Origin: Octopus sinensis
Taxonomy: Eukaryota
Length of the DNA stretch: 64,000 nucleotides
Assembly (NCBI RefSeq): GCF_006345805.1
Contig: NC_043008.1
Coordinates: forward strand, 70,866,001-70,930,000
Direction: 5' to 3'
The notes under the pieces were generated by a model that worked only from the letters and a program-made list of their open reading frames with translations, ran no database searches and had not been told where the DNA came from. Numbering within the stretch: position 1 is the first letter of the stretch; each line of letters opens with the position of its first letter. Below are positions 27,605-40,826 of this stretch, in pieces. A program made the translations under genes and the position numbers.

Positions 27605-27790
27605 ACATCGTCGTCGTCATCGTCATCGTCATCATTAGTAGCAGTAGTATAAGCAGCAGCACCACCACCAACACCATCAACAGCACCACCACCAACACCA
27701 CCAACAGCACCACTACCACAACCCACTTGTGTCATCCTCGTTGTCTTCATCGTTGTCGTCGTTGTCATCATCAGCATCATCATCACTCTC
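27605..27790. repeat. Compound trinucleotide tract (CGT/CAT/CAG/CAC)
   Basis: Directly visible. Similar tracts at 11835-11990 and 17240-17455. Confidence 0.85.
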
Positions 27791-28010
27791 ATTACATGTA
27801 TATGATGTACATGAAGACAAATATCAAGTGTGCCTTTCATTTTTATCTGCATCACTCACCTCCAAATTTTATTAAATATAAATACAAGAACGAAAATTTA
27901 AACTATGAATAATCTCATCACCAGTGCTGCTGTGTTTTTTTTATACATTATCGTAGTAGTAGCAAATTAATATTATCCTATCATATATCACTAATAATAT
28001 TATTATTATT

Positions 28011-28072
<62 letters not shown>

Positions 28073-28106
28073 CAATAATAACAACAACAATAATAATAAT
28101 AATAAC

Positions 28107-28445
28107 GGGGTAGCTTCATAGACATGTGTTGAGAGGAATTGTTTAGGGTTTGAATAAATCACCTTTGGAATCATGGGTGTTTCGTTCAACATCCTTAAAC
28201 AACCCTTAATCTTGGATCTTTTGAGCGAGATGGGCTACTCGAACTGAAGAAAGTTCTTACTGGGGCCCAGCTGCAAGGTCATGCGCTGTTTATCTTGATA
28301 TGAGATCACCATGTCGTGCACAAATGTTTGTGACGCATGTGTCTTGTGCACCCTTACCAGACGGGTAGTTATGATGGGTATACTGGGCTTCATATATGTT
28401 ATCCCAGTGTCACTTTGACGGCATGTACTTCTCTCTCACTCAATA
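28107..28445. mobile_element. Truncated copy of the (TAA)n-associated repeat
   Basis: Homologous to ~9300-9615. (TAA)n on both sides; ends ctctctcactcaataataat. Confidence 0.75.
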
Positions 28446-28460
28446 ATAATAATAATAATA

Positions 28461-28553
<93 letters not shown>

Positions 28554-28604
28554 GATGATGTAGAAGAGAAGGAGGATGAGAAGTAGGAGGTGAAAAAGAA
28601 GAAG

Positions 28605-28636
<32 letters not shown>

Positions 28637-28745
28637 GATGATGTAGAAGAGAAGGAGGATGAGAAGTAGGAGGTGAAGAAGAAGAAGAAGAAGAAGAAGA
28701 AGAAGATCTATTAAAACAAGGAACACAGCACCTTCTCTCTCACTC

Positions 28746-28794
<49 letters not shown>

Positions 28795-28807
28795 GAAGAA
28801 GAAGAAG

Positions 28808-28839
<32 letters not shown>

Positions 28840-28987
28840 GATGATGTAGAAGAGAAGGAGGATGAGAAGTAGGAGGTGAAGAAGAAGAAGAAGAAGAAGA
28901 AGAAGAAGAAGAAGAAGAAGAAGAAGAAGAAGAAGAAGAAGAAGAAGAAGAAGAAGAAGATCTATTAAAACAAGGAACACAGCACCT
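28428..28987. repeat. Nested tandem duplication of a (TAA)n-(GAA)n block with unique spacers
   Basis: cttctctctcactcaa x2, tagatgatgtagaagagaaggaggatgagaagtaggaggtga x3, atctattaaaacaaggaacacagcacct x2. Confidence 0.9.
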
Positions 28988-30245
28988 GAGTAAATCTGGA
29001 CCTCTATAATAACTGACGATTTCACCCAGGCACTGCAAACTTAAGCAACTGGAAAGCACCTTGGCTCGACAGGATCCCCAACATCTGGTAAAAAATACCT
29101 AACAAGAACAGATAAAAAAGTGGCCGAGATATTTAATGAGATATTAATAGAGTCAGAGACAGTGCCTGAATGGCTCGCTGAAGGGAAAAAATTTCTTAAT
29201 TTCCAAATCCGCTGAAATGGCAAATCAACAGAATAACAGATCGATAACCTGTCTCCCTCCAATTTACAAATCCTTTACTCCAGTAATATCGCAGAGAATG
29301 AGCAAACATCTCGAAGAAAACAATCTGATTCCAGAAGAGCTGAAGGGATGCTGCAATGTTTCATACGTTTGTAAAGATCAGCTACTGATCAATAAAGCCA
29401 TAACTGAAGACAGCTGCAAAAAGAAGAAGGGTCTAAGCATGGCTTGTATCAATTACTGAAAGGCTTTTGATAATATTACCCCAAACGCAGATTCTAGAAA
29501 CACTATCGATGAACAAGGTAACACCGAATAATCATAAAACTTACAAAACATTCCATGACTAAATGGTAGATAATGCTATAGCTCTAGACAAAGGAGGAAC
29601 TCATAAAAACCAAAGCCATCTCCATTAGAAGAATAATATTCCAGAAGTCAGAAGTTGGTGGCGGCCTTATGCAGCTAGAAAACTATTACAGATAACCGCC
29701 ATAGGACTACAGAAATATTTATTTCAGAATCAAAGAAAACTATTACAATTAGCCACAAAACACAAACAAAAGAAAAAAACTGTTTTCAGTCTTTAAGGAA
29801 GCTGACAAATACAAAAAAGAAGTCACAATACTTAACAACTATGAAGAAAAGTAAGAAACAATGAAAGTCGTAAAACAACAGAAATCCAACAAAAACGGCA
29901 ACGGATCATGATGAAACGATGGCAAGAAAAGCCGCTTCATGACAAATACTGAGTTAAACCAAAGAAAACATAGACAAAGCACAATCCCAACAATGGTTGA
30001 GAAGGTCAGGGCTCAAAACAGAGATTGAAGGACTTTTAATTGCAGCACATGATTAAGGCCTTCCCACCAGAAGTTAGCAAAACATGGAATGCAGAATATG
30101 TGGAGATGGACAAGAAAGAATAAATCATATTGTCTCTGGCTGCTCAGTCCTGGCTAAGAAGGAATATACTCACAGACACGACAAATTCGAAACCTATATA
30201 CACTGGAAGCTGTGTCAACACTACGGAATGTCAACAGAAAAAAAG
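28960..30245 (+). mobile_element. R4/Dong-clade (RLE-type) non-LTR retrotransposon remnant
   Basis: NWKAP, PEWLAEG, RSITCLPPIYK..KHLEENNLIPEELKGC..CKDQLLINKAI..LSMACINY*KAFD, WQEKPLH, EGLLIAAHD, and CCHC knuckle CRICGDGQERINHIVSGC..EYTHRHD. Confidence 0.88.
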
Positions 30246-30334
30246 ATGATTACATTGATGATTACATCAAAATCCGATATAAGGCAGCGTCGACCTTGGC
30301 GGAATTTGAACGTTATATATAATAATCAATATAA

Positions 30335-30822
30335 ATAACCCTTCCTCCTATAGACACAAGGCCTGAAATTTTTGTTTGGAGGGAGGGCAGTCGATTACAT
30401 CGACCACAGTACGCAACTGGTACTTAATTTATCAACCCCGAAAAGATGAAACGCAATGTCGAAGGAATTTGAACTCAGAACGTAATGACAGAGCGTAACT
30501 GGTACTTATATAATCGACCCCGAAAGGATGAAAGGCAAAGTTGACCGCGGCGGAATTTGAACTCAGAATGTAGCGGCAGACGAAATACCTATTTCTTTAC
30601 TACCCACACGGGACTAAACACAGAGGGGGCGAACAAGGACAGACAAGCGGATTAAGTCGATTACATCTACCCCAGTGCATAACTGGCACTTAATTTATCG
30701 ACCTCGAAAGGATGAAAGGCAAAGTCAACCTCGGTGGAATTTGAACACAGAATGTAGCGGGCAGACGAAATACGGCTACGCATTTCGCCCAGCGTGCTAA
30801 CGTTTCTGCCAGCTCGCCGCCT
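30335..30822 (-). mobile_element. SINE family B with an internally multiplied core module
   Basis: Head GGCGGCGAGCTGGCAGAAACGTTAGC; three copies of aactggtactt..tcgaccccgaaaggatgaaaggcaaagt..ggaatttgaactcagaa. Confidence 0.9.
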
Positions 30823-31599
30823 TAAATATAAGAAATAATAAAATATATTTTGTTCTTATTGATTTTGTTTCAAAATTTAGCAAAAGACCAACCATTTGAG
30901 AAAAATGAGTTAGCCCACCCAAAAATTTGAGTGATAATATTTTCTTCCAACCCCTAAAGGATGAAAGAGAAAGTGAACTTGTGTCGGTTATAAAATTAGA
31001 ACGTAAAGGAATTAAAGACATATCATTAAAGCATTTGTCTGAGATTCTAACGTTTGTTTCAGTTCACCATCATGTAAGTGAAAAAATATTACGACATTTA
31101 AATTTTGTTTCTCTTGAGGGATAGACAAAGATTTCTGCAAAAAACTGAGAAATTATCAAAAAAAAAGAACAACACAAACATCAATTAACAACTTTTAGAT
31201 TTGTATACATTGTTATATAGAATTTCTTAATTGTCAAGATCTTTCATGAACTTTGTTCTTTATTTTTGGATAATGTTATTTATGTTTTAACTATTCTTAT
31301 GAACCTGGGAGGTTTTGGTTAAACGCGAAAACACCGAAGTATAGTTTACAGGAAGATTTCTTTCTGTTTATCTTGAGGATTTTCGTTTAGAATTAAAACC
31401 GTATATGAAAATAATCAATACTAAATATTCAATAATATTTGAAAAATAATAAAAATTAAAAAATGAAATACTTTAGTAGAATATATTAGTAAGATTATGG
31501 CTGACAAAATGATTCGTGCACCAGAAACGTATAACTGCTTGAAATATTAGCAGATTTTGCAGGGATGTAAAACGGAAAATGTAACAAAAATCTCACCCA

Positions 31600-32495
31600 A
31601 ACGTCACGGAGAAGTCAATGAAGGTACAACGAAACATGGAATGAAAATATTAAGAATGTTGTAAGACAATGGTTTAGAAATGGATATCATAAAATACAAC
31701 TGTAAGATATGCATCAACCAGCACATCCCTCAAGAATCTACTGAACACTTTAGAAATTTCAAACGCTTGGACAAATCCTAGGAGGAATAAATTCGATAAC
31801 TTGTGGTTGTGGATTTGTGTATTATTGCTCGTGAATCTGTAGCAGCAACCTTCAATAAAATGGTAAGATTTCCAGTATCAATACTTGTATTTCTGTCGGA
31901 GGGAAAGCATTAATATTCCTCCAAACCGAAAATAATGGAGAGCATAAAAACTACAGGCCTGCAGTTTATTTGCCAATAACTTTCCAAACCCATATATCTG
32001 CCCGGTCGGAACGCAGTAAGATGCTACAAGATACGTAGAAAGAAAGCTGGGAGAAAACAGCTAATGATGGGCTGGGTTATTATAGGCAGCGAATTTAGAA
32101 AAACAGTATTCAGTATGACTTGAACTGATCATAGAAAATACTATGATATTATACCACACTCTTAGATATTAGAGACAGGTCATATCAATTAAGTAGCATG
32201 AATACTAATAATGTTTATCAAACATGCTATGTGAAAATGGAAAATAAACAAATCGATAGAAAATAAAGGGGGAGATAACTAAAACTAATCCTATAGCTAT
32301 GAGAAAAGCAGTACATGATGGAATCTCCCTATTCCATCTGTTACAGTGCTTTGTTCCGAACACATTAACAAAACTGTTGAATTAAACCACCAGGGGTTAT
32401 AAATGCTACTGATAAAAGCATTAACCATCTCTTCAATACACACAGAAGAATTATGGATTGCGGCAAGAGATCAAAACGTTCTCACTAAAAATATG
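31600..32495 (+). mobile_element. Older, more decayed R4/Dong-like remnant
   Basis: WTNP..DNLW, LSEGK..KNYRPAVYLP, ..SINHLF, EELWIAARDQNVLTKN (compare EGLIIAAQDQALPTRN). Confidence 0.65.
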
Positions 32496-32866
32496 ACGGA
32501 TAGGGAGAAGCTATTCCTCTCCTTATTTGCAGCTTCCCACATCTTGTCGATAGAGAATACGTGCCTAGGCGCGAGAGATTTAGAGTCTTCATTCATTGGC
32601 AGTTATGCTAGCATGATTAAAGCCCCAAAGAAATGAGATAGTGTGTATGTATGTATCTATGTGTCTGTCTATCTATCTATATAATTATATATATAAATAT
32701 ATATATTATCTACACACACAGATACACACACAGGCAGACACATATACATACGCATTGATACATAGTTAGATATATGCATATATTTATATATAGTTATGCA
32801 TGCATGTATATATATTATGATAAAACGTTATATATTCATACACGTATATGTATACACATTTATAAT

Positions 32867-32937
<71 letters not shown>

Positions 32938-33739
32938 GTTATAAATATATACATATGCATATGTCCCTGTGTGTGCGTGTTGATTTCTCTCTATCTATTT
33001 CCTGGTGTTTATATTTTGTTCTGTACTCTGTTGGGAAATTTTCGAACATGTCATATATTAATGCTGTTGATTTGGTTTATGTACACATTGCTGCCATGCC
33101 TCGAAGTTTTATAACACAACGAAGTATTTGAAAACAATAAATTTGCCCAAGGGAAAATAGTGACATCTTTCATGTCATGTTGAAAATGAGACTCGGGGTG
33201 ACAAAAATGTGAACTAAATTATTTTTTTAGCAGTAAAACACTACAATGGTGGTCATGTGATATTCTCCTATACACCGCCAGAAGTGAAAACCTTTTATGT
33301 AGCTGTGGCATCTCGAGGCTTTCTTGACTGAAGCTGGCACGATCTTCTAATGTTCCGGTATTTGTAGAAAATCGAAAATATATCTGTGTATGCGTGCACA
33401 CGCATTATGGTGCTTACGCGTCTAATTGTGCAATTGTGTGTGGTGCTGTCTAAGTGTATGTATCTGTATGCGTGTTCGTGTGTTTATATGTATGCATGTG
33501 CGGATATATTTGCCTATGCGTGTATTTGCATGTTATATTATGCAAATACTGAATGTATGTGTGGGTGAGTACAGCTCTATGTATGTGTTTCTTTTCATAA
33601 TTTCCAATAAATACAATTGTAGACACATTAATTATAAATGCGAATACAAAATTACAAAAGGTATAATTTAGATAATTAATCATACTAATAGTTTAGTTAC
33701 TTCCTGCAAGTTGATGTCATTCAGTTTTAGAACTGTACC

Positions 33740-34200
33740 TGTTTGTGTTCCGCAATCGGCAGGTTTTGGAACTAATACTGTTGTCTTTACATCAGCTGTT
33801 ACCTATACTCTCCCTAACCTTTCAGTATTTTTGACGAGTAGAAATACCTTCAAGTAACCCTAACTTTAACTTTCTCCCTCTAACATCAGTTTTATCGGCA
33901 TATCCACGTTCACCCACGATAAGCTGTAGCTCGTTTTTAGCTCCGTGATCTCTCAGATAATCATGATTTTTATGGAAAGGGTGAGTCTGGAAGACTGTTA
34001 GGTGGTCATTAATTGCTCGTACTAGGCTACAGAATCGACTGAACTTAACATCAATACCCACCTCCACATTTGAGTCTCATGTTATATTGCCACATGTAGT
34101 GCGATACGAAATTATAGATAGGAAAATGGTGCACCACTTCGACACGTTTTCACGTCTCGTTCTCAGATTTAAACACTAGGCAAACACTTCTATGTGAGCA
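33740..34200 (-). mobile_element. Possible RTE-type APE endonuclease remnant
   Basis: GGG(V/Y)..L.SS-like, RG.KL..LL and IA..T-like segments in the expected order. Heavily mutated. Confidence 0.35.
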
Positions 34201-34634
34201 TCTCCGTCAATAGAACATGTAGTCTACCTCGCATCATGTGGTAATTCTTTAATTCTTTTCTTTAACGTTATGCGGCTACAAAATGATTGTCGCAAAGCAG
34301 AGATTATGCTACACTTTTATACAATAAAAAATTTGAAAATAAATAGGATCATTGTATTTACAGAACACACAAAGACTGATCAATTCTGCTTTAAGAGTAA
34401 ACAAGTGGGAGGGTTTAACAATAATAGTATCAAGAACGTTGACATCTAAAGCAGGAAGTTACTAGTACCGTTAGAAAGCCATCAAAGCTGACAAAAAATG
34501 TATATATATATATATATACAGCAGAGATGGTGGTATGGGTTCGATGCTAATATAAAACTAATACAGAGTAACAACAGCGAGACTAAAACTACTAAAAAGA
34601 AAGCAAAAAAAAAAACTGACCAGTGTGATAAAAC

Positions 34635-35453
34635 ATTCACCTCAATATCCTTCATTCTCTTGCCATTAGGTAGATACACCCCGTCATTTGAGATTACATA
34701 CAAAATCCATCCTGATATCCTTAACTCAATATCTACACTGTTCAAACCAGACCATTTACTTACGTTCATTCTTACAACAGATTTCTAAGTCACCCTTATA
34801 TAACAAATGATTCAACTTTTCTCCACATTTTAAGGTGTATATTGATGTCGTTTTCTGTAATATTTGTGGTGTGAGGGGTATCATACAAATCTCAAACAGT
34901 AATGGTGACAGAATATCACCTTGAAATATGCCTCTCCTCATATTAATCCACGCGAAGAATTTTCCCCATGTTGCCACCTGTATATTCCAGTTCTCTATTG
35001 ATTTGATAAAATTAAAAATCCTTTCAGATACCTGTACCAATTCAAGACTTTCTAAAATACCGGATTTGGGAAACATGTCATAATCGTTCTTATAATCGAT
35101 TCACGTCGTACTCAAATTAATATATCTTTTCTTGCAATCATTCAACACCGTTTTCTCTATTAGAAGTTGATCCTTTGTCCCTCAGCTTTTCCTATTGAAT
35201 CTTTTCTGTTCCATCGGCAGTCTGTTATACATTTTATACACACAATGAGATATTATCCCTGTCACCAACTTTCACATCAAGAGTAAGCATGTGATTTGCC
35301 AGTCATTATCCACTGCATTACTTTTACCGAGGTTCTTTTGGCAAAGAACCATTTTTGCCTGTGGTCATCCACTTTGGGATTTCCAACCTGTTGTTGATCA
35401 TTTTATTCATTTGCACTGCTATTCTTTTGTGTAAGGCTGGGTAATTTTTCAAC
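34635..35453 (-). mobile_element. R4/Dong-type RT fragment (inverted part)
   Basis: LKNYPALHKRIAVQMNK, KDQLLIEK, INMRRGIFQGDILSPLLFEICMIPLT, KLNHLLYKGDLEI. Confidence 0.88.
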
Positions 35454-35559
35454 TAATACCCTTGGATATTTCTAGTTTGGAAACAAACCTGGATATTTCT
35501 AGTTTGGAAACAAAAAAACGATACCTATTAAAAATGTACCACAACTCCAAACATTTAAG

Positions 35560-36300
35560 AAATCTCCGAGAAATGAAAAGGAAAATCAACACCAGGACAT
35601 GACTCAGGAAAGATGTCCTGAAAGAATGCACGGTGGGTGGAATTGAGATGCAGCACGCAAGAAGAAGTGCTGAGACATAATTACACCAATTTCGAAATAA
35701 ATAAGGACAGGAAATGAATGATTTATAGGATGTGTGGCAAAAAAACGAAACAATTTCACATGTTGTGAGTGTAGCAAATTGGCACAGTGACGTAGCTAAA
35801 TTTGTTGATTGGAGATTGCATGAGAAATATGGTTTTAATAGAACGCAGAAACGATACGAATATAAACCACAAGATATCGCCGAGAATAATGGACATAAGA
35901 TCGTATGGAATCTTACAATTCAATGTGATTCAGTGGTTGATGTTCGGAAACCAGACATTGTTGTAGTGGATAAAAGTAAGTAGGAAACCAATAACATAGA
36001 TATTGCCATAACTGGGGATGCACTCTTGGGTGAAAAAAACTGGAAAAGATTCAAAGCTACACGCTACTAAACGACGAAATTACACGATGTTAGCAATGAA
36101 AAGAGTAACTATCATCTCGGTCGCTGTTGGGGAACTGGAAACACCGGAATTAACAACATGCACAGAAAACAACTCTTACAGACAGTGAGGGTTTTGAGAT
36201 TGGAATATGGATCATCGTAAAAAGAGACCCCTTGCAATCTTTGACAACAGGATGCTGTCCGCTGTTACATAATTAACCGGAGCAAGGAAATTTGAAAAGG
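35560..36300 (+). mobile_element. R4/Dong-type 3' part: decayed zinc knuckle, restriction-like endonuclease and 3' UTR ending at (TAA)n
   Basis: CGKK/NETISHVVS, HKIVWNLTIQCDSVVDVRKPDIVVVDK..IDIA (PD-(D/E)xK-type RLE), followed by ataataataa. Confidence 0.85.
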
Positions 36301-36310
36301 ATAATAATAA

Positions 36311-36520
36311 TCCTTTCAACTATAGGCACAAGCCCTGAAATTTTGAGGGAGAGGTTTGTCGATTACATCCATACCATTGATCAACTGGAATTTATTTTAT
36401 CGACCCCGAAAGAAAGGATGAAAATCACCGTTGACTGAATTTAAACTCAGAACGTAAAGGCAGGCGAAATGTTGCCACATATTTGCCTGCTGTGCTAACG
36501 ATTCTGCCAGCCCACCGCCT

Positions 36521-36521
<1 letters not shown>
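36311..36521 (-). mobile_element. SINE family B, full length, (ATT)n tail
   Basis: Minus strand GGCGGTGGGCTGGCAGAATCGTTAGC...gaaaggattattattat. Confidence 0.88.
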
Positions 36522-36564
<43 letters not shown>

Positions 36565-36602
36565 ATAATAATAGTAATAATAATAATAATCATAATAATA
36601 AT

Positions 36603-36635
<33 letters not shown>

Positions 36636-36919
36636 CATAATAATAATAATCATAATAATAATAATAAAGAGACCAACACTTTTACAGTTCGTTACTCCAT
36701 CACAGTGCTAAAATTGATAAGTCAGTTGAAATATCCGTCAGTCACCTTATGCTAGTAAAGTATAGGGAGTTAAGTGAACCCCATAGTGTAGGGTATATAC
36801 TATTGAAACAAAACCCAGTAATATGGCTAACCAAAGTAAAAATGGCGAGAATATCGGAAGTGGCAAGGTGGGGGTGATATATACCTAGATTCTCTAGTAT
36901 AGCTGAATTCCTGTTAAAA

Positions 36920-37500
36920 CCTGAAGTAAACATGTATGTTTAGTAACTGAAGTCGAAACGTATCAGAATACTCTGGCGATAAATAAATTTTCCGTAGAGA
37001 GGCCAGTAAAATCTGAAATATTATATCAGCGAAACATTAAAATCTCCATTAGTGTTTATGGATGATAAGGAATATTAAACAGTCAAAGTACTCTCCACAC
37101 AAAATTGGTATTGAGAAACATTAGCCAATTCGACATGGACACCAATGGCGTATAAGTGGTTTCCCCTTTGCACCTACTTTTGCAAACTTTTATACGTAGA
37201 ATATTGAAGGTAATGGGCAACTAAAATGTAAAGCTATCCATGTACTGACGATATGTTCATGACGTTTATGAGAGTGTTAAAGCTAGTCCAGAATTTCTAG
37301 TTTTCAAGTTGTCACTAGAGCATTACTGAATATTTAAATTCTCACGAGATAAAAGTCAACAAAAAAATGTCCTTCTTGCTTATGAAAGTTATAATGTTAA
37401 TGTTACCATAGCATGATATATTGCATGATTCCCTAAACTGTATTAAATTTTACAATTATAGTAATCGACCATTACAAAAAAAAAATGCTTTCTTTCGACC
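36920..37500 (+). mobile_element. Penelope-like RT remnant
   Basis: TNGV..G.PLAPTFANFY and (Y/C)TDDMF resemble the PLE motifs Q..GVAMGSPL.P..AN.YM and YVDD. Confidence 0.55.
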
Positions 37501-37759
37501 ATAACTTTCAGTTAAAATATTGATAAAGTATCTACTTCTCTTTCGTGCTCCAAATACTAATGTAGAAGCCATTTAATATTGCAAACTAACAAGACTATAT
37601 TTATATTTATAATTTATATCAATTGATACAGGTATGCAAGGCTAATATTCGTTATTAACAGTGGGTGCTCTATGACCATATGCAACGTCCTTGCGTGTCT
37701 TGTGCTTTACTCAGTTTCGAGACCCACCTGGTGTATGTCCATTGACGTTTGCTTCTGAT

Positions 37760-38070
37760 ATCTATTAAGGACAACATCAATTCGCAATATCTGAATAATG
37801 TCTTCTAGTATAGAGGAAGCATTGTCGAAAGTGGATAAGTTTTCGACGGTTTCATCAAAAGAATGATATATTGCTATCGGCACAATCTCTACCAACTTTT
37901 CTCGAACCAGATGCCTCGTGGTAGTAGTCCTAGTTACTTGCCTTCTGAAGTCCAATTTTGCCATGGCGTACTTGGGTAGATATTTTGTCTTTCTCCCGGA
38001 TTAAGACAGAGGTCTTCTGTGTTGCAAACACTCGGGTCTGCTAACCGAAGCTACACTCAAACCCCAGAAG
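37760..38070 (-). mobile_element. Possible Penelope-like GIY-YIG C-terminal remnant
   Basis: ..QHRR.., KYAMAKLDF..RHLVRE..EI..AI..DE..NLS resembles EH...H.FDF...RL.REAIEI...N. Confidence 0.4.
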
Positions 38071-39116
38071 TCATGATCACTGCTTTTCCTCCTTTGAAAA
38101 AAAACAAAACAAAACAAAACAAAATATAATAATTAGAATTCCTTGTGCTGGATTCTATTGAATCGCATAACCCATTCACTTGTAAAGTTCCCTACAGAAA
38201 ATCTCATCTGATGTAATAAATGTAGAGAAAATCAAATTAACAGAAACTATATGGTTTCAAGTTATACAGGAGAGAATTCCTAAGAAAAATTGTATATATT
38301 ATAGTAGAGCTGCTTCTTATAAGGGAGAGTTATTCCCACTTGAGAGAAAGCCAAGACCAGCTGGAATGAAAAAGATTTACGAAACACCATGCTGAACAGT
38401 CAGTGATTGGGGTATTTCTTTTTCTTATATCAACCTGTATTATGAATGAAATATGTGAAAATCCGTATAAAACATGCATATATCTTATCTCATACACAAA
38501 CAATTAGAATTCTAATATATGTGCAGTCAGTAGTAATGCACAATAAAAACAATCTATTTGCTTCAATAGCATGTGGAATTTCCATTTTAGCTCTAACAGA
38601 GTGAGACATAAAATTCAGTTGTATAGAATAGCATGTTTAAGTAAAGCAAATACAAGGCGACGTGCACGAATATTTCAGTGATCGAGGACAAGTGTGAAAA
38701 ATTAAATAGATAAATTTTAGTACTTGGAATTTTTTTATGAATTGAGTTTTGTGCGATTTAATGTTTCATTTCAATTGAAACTGTTGTACTAAGTTGGCAA
38801 TGAAACACAAAAAATGTAGCAAATCGTGTCATTCAAGATATAAGCTTTAGGCGTGTGTAACACATCAACAGCTACGAGTTTATACGCGTGTCTATATACA
38901 CATACATATGCGCATGCTTTCATCCACAAACATGGATGCATGTGCACATGTATGCATATGTATATATATGTATGTAAAAATACACATATACACATACACA
39001 CGCGCACATCTATACATATGTAATAGCGTGTGCGGGGGCGTGTTTATATGAGTGAACTTAAGCATGTTGTATATATATATATATATATATATGTGTGAGT
39101 GCTTTGTGCATGCATA

Positions 39117-39160
<44 letters not shown>

Positions 39161-40190
39161 TGCACAAAGCACTCACACACACACACAAACAAGAACGCAT
39201 CTCTATATACATATATACACATACATGTTCACATAAATACATGTACATAATATAGAATATTATCACACACACACACACACACACACATATAAACATGCAC
39301 ACTCATAAATGTGTATGTGTACTTGCCAGTACGTGTACACATATATGCACTGCGTGTGTACGTTAGTATGTCACTGTGTATATGTGTCTGTGCATGTGTG
39401 TGTGTATGTGTGAGAGAGAGAGAGAGAGAGATGAAGTGGGTGGCCGTGCATGGCATTATATATATTTATACATGTGCATATGCCTGCGCATGCGCATGCG
39501 TGTGCTTATGCAAGCATGAATCCTGATAAAGGACAAAAATCGAAAATGAGTGTTAACCACTGCTGGCGTAAAATATCGTGACGAGAACATGCGAATGGTG
39601 TGGGTTTAGAGGAACGGAGAAAATATGTATGAAAAGACATCAATATACGGCGAATAAATACATAAGTAGATTATAGGAGAAGGATTAAAAGTTGAATAAA
39701 CTTGGAAATATAAGGAAATGCAATAGTATGAGAAATTTCTATGAATGTTATTAATAGTGGGTGGTTGAAAGAAGGTTAGAGATGTGTGGAGGGTAGGGAG
39801 AATATATATCTCAGTCAAGAAGAGCATTCAAGAAATTGGATTAGCTTTTATTACCTATTTCAGCGATAAGGCATGGTGGGAACGTGCTCGCAGATTTCTA
39901 TCTCTCTAATTTTATATAAGAATGTATACGTATGTGAATGCTTTTGCTTGCGTATATGTGTATAGAAGGATGCGCACACCTACACACGTACATACACATA
40001 CTTGCAAAAACACATGTGCACGTACATATATGTATTATATGTATATATGTATATGCACGTTCATATATAGTGTACCAAATATGCATGCATACGGCTATAT
40101 GGTTTTAAATATGTGATAAGTGTAGATGTCTGAGTTTTTTCGTGCACACATAAACAAACCGCTATATGATAGGGAGAGAGAGAGAGAGAG

Positions 40191-40230
<40 letters not shown>

Positions 40231-40243
40231 ATATATATATATA

Positions 40244-40274
<31 letters not shown>

Positions 40275-40611
40275 AAATGCGTATACTCACACAATCACAT
40301 ATGTATAATGTACACATATGTGTATGTTCCTGTGTGTATACTTAAAACATGTGTTAATTAAATAATTTATAGAAACAAAGTAGTGATTGGAAAAAGCTGA
40401 GAATAAACAGTTTTACTATATCAATTATTCAATTCTCACATCTCTAAATTTTCGATTATATCATCCTTCTTCAAAATATGTCTAAGCTTAACACTTGAAA
40501 TCCCACTACTTGGTAAGAATTTATTTATTGACACCAGATATATACAAGGTAAAGTGATTTATATATCACTGAAATATAGTATTTAAGTCTGGCATTATGA
40601 TTCATAATATT

Positions 40612-40826
40612 AAGGTGGCAATGTGGTAGAATCATTACGGCGACAGACAATTTGTTAAGCGGCATTTCGTCCGACTTTACATTCGCACTTGAGATTTCGC
40701 CGATGTCGACTTTGCCTTTCGGGGTCGATAAAATAAGTACCAGATGAATATTGGGGGTAAATGTAATCGACTAATCCCCTCCTCCAAATTTGCTGGTCTT
40801 GTGCCAAAATTTGAAATCATTATTAT
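40612..40826 (+). mobile_element. SINE family B
   Basis: aaggtggc..tggtagaatc..gtcgactttgcctttcggggtcgataaaataagtaccag..tgtgccaaaatttgaaatcattattatt. Confidence 0.85.

Noticed and set aside
37937-38091. Minus-strand host exon (tttttttcaaag acceptor, gtaact donor)
   Set aside because: All three frames contain stops; better explained as a Penelope-like remnant.
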